From assembly GCA_002269645.1 (NCBI GenBank), contig NIVC01000438.1, positions 124,001 through 188,000 on the forward strand: DNA of 64,000 nucleotides, given 5' to 3'. Position 1 is the stretch's first letter. Each line of letters begins with the position of its first letter. Made by a program: the position numbers and the translations under genes. This DNA comes from Macrostomum lignano. Its lineage: Eukaryota. Positions 63,085 through 64,000 of the stretch are shown here, in pieces. The notes under the pieces were generated by a model. It made no database searches, was not told the origin of the DNA, and saw only the letters and a program-made list of their open reading frames with translations.

Positions 63085-64000
63085 GTAAAAACGAGAGGAA
63101 GAGAAAGTGCGATGGGAAGTGGCACGTGAAGATAGAGAGAATGAGAGGAAGAAAAATGGGAAAGGCGGGGGGGAGAGAGAGGGAAAGATAGAAGAGAGGG
63201 AGACAGGGAGGGAAGGGAAGGTAGGGAGAGGAGAGGAGAGGGGAAGGGAAGGTAGGGAGAGGAGGGGAGGGAAGGGAAGGTAGGGAGAGGAGGGGAGGGA
63301 AGGGAAGGTAGGGAGAGGAGGGGGAGGGAAGGGAAGGTAGGGAGAGGAGGGGGAGGGAAGGGAAGGTAGGGAGAGGAGGGGGAGGGAAGGGAAGGTAGGG
63401 AGAGGAGAGGAGAGGGGAAGGGAAGATAGGGAGAGGAGGGGGAGGGAAGAAAAGATAGGGAGAGGAGAGGAGAGGGGAAGGGAAGATAGGGAGAGGAGAG
63501 GAGAGGGGAAGGGAAGATAGGGAGAGGAGGGAGAGGGAAGGGAAGGTAGGGAGAGGAGGGGGAGGGAAGGGAAGGTGGGGAGAGGAGGGGGAGGGAAGGG
63601 AAGGTAGGGAGAGGAGGGGAAAAGGAAGGTAGGGAGAGGAGGGGGAGGGAGGGGAAGGTAGGGAGAGGAGGGGGAGGGAAGGGAAGGTAGGGAGAGGAGG
63701 GGGAGGGAAGGGAAGGTAGGGAGAGGAGGGGGAGGGAAGGGAAGGTAGGGAGAGGAGGTGGAGGGAAGGGAAGGTAGGGAGAGGAGGGGAGGGAAGGGAA
63801 GGTAGGGAGAGGAGGGGGAGGGAAGGGAAGGTAGGGAGAGGAGGTGGAGGGAAGGGAAGGTAGGGAGAGGAGGGGGAGGGAAGGGAAGGTAGGGAGAGGA
63901 GGGGGAGGGAAGGGAAGGTAAGGAGAGGAGAGGAGAGGGGAAGGGAAGATAGGGAGAGGAGGGGGAGGGAAGGGAAGGTAGGGGAAGGGTAGGTAGGTAG
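63085..64000. repeat. Intronic polypurine ~29-bp repeat (GGGAGAGGAGGGGGAGGGAAGGGAAGGTA)n
   Basis: Directly visible, with G-quadruplex/triplex-prone composition. Confidence 0.96.

Noticed and set aside
1-64000. rRNA or tRNA genes
   Set aside because: No recognisable conserved rRNA segments or cloverleaf/box A-B patterns were seen by eye. tRNAscan-SE/Infernal would be needed to exclude them fully.

Overview
Eukaryotic (animal) genomic DNA. GC-rich spliced exons are separated by AT-rich DNA, and most long introns are filled with minisatellites. The overall style suggests a flatworm such as Macrostomum; this is inference only. Intact genes that can be reconstructed with in-frame GT-AG junctions are: an atypical DEG/ENaC channel with a ~380-aa Gly/Gln-rich N-terminal extension (- strand, 2 exons); an ankyrin-repeat plus Mab-21/cGAS-like nucleotidyltransferase lying head-to-head with it (+ strand, 3 exons); Claspin (+ strand, 5 exons); a 2-exon orphan; a 3-exon orphan; an OCRE-domain exon; and the last exon of ANKRD40. 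A pseudogenised tandem copy of the channel gene lies downstream of the intact copy. Mobile DNA is nested. An hAT element, whose transposase is preceded by a signal peptide and a lamin-tail-like domain, sits inside a MULE/NOF-like transposase. A 297-bp MITE of the same hAT family has a perfect TIR and an 8-bp TSD. An internally deleted DD34D mariner sits inside a foldback-like element. A probable CMC/EnSpm-like element is also present. About 20 different tandem arrays occur. No rRNA, tRNA or CRISPR array was recognised. The most interesting items are the ANK-cGLR gene and its divergent neighbour (the Gly-zipper-tailed, HG-less, Cys-poor degenerin), the secreted-domain/hAT transposase fusion, and evidence that minisatellites grow out of transposon terminal motifs.
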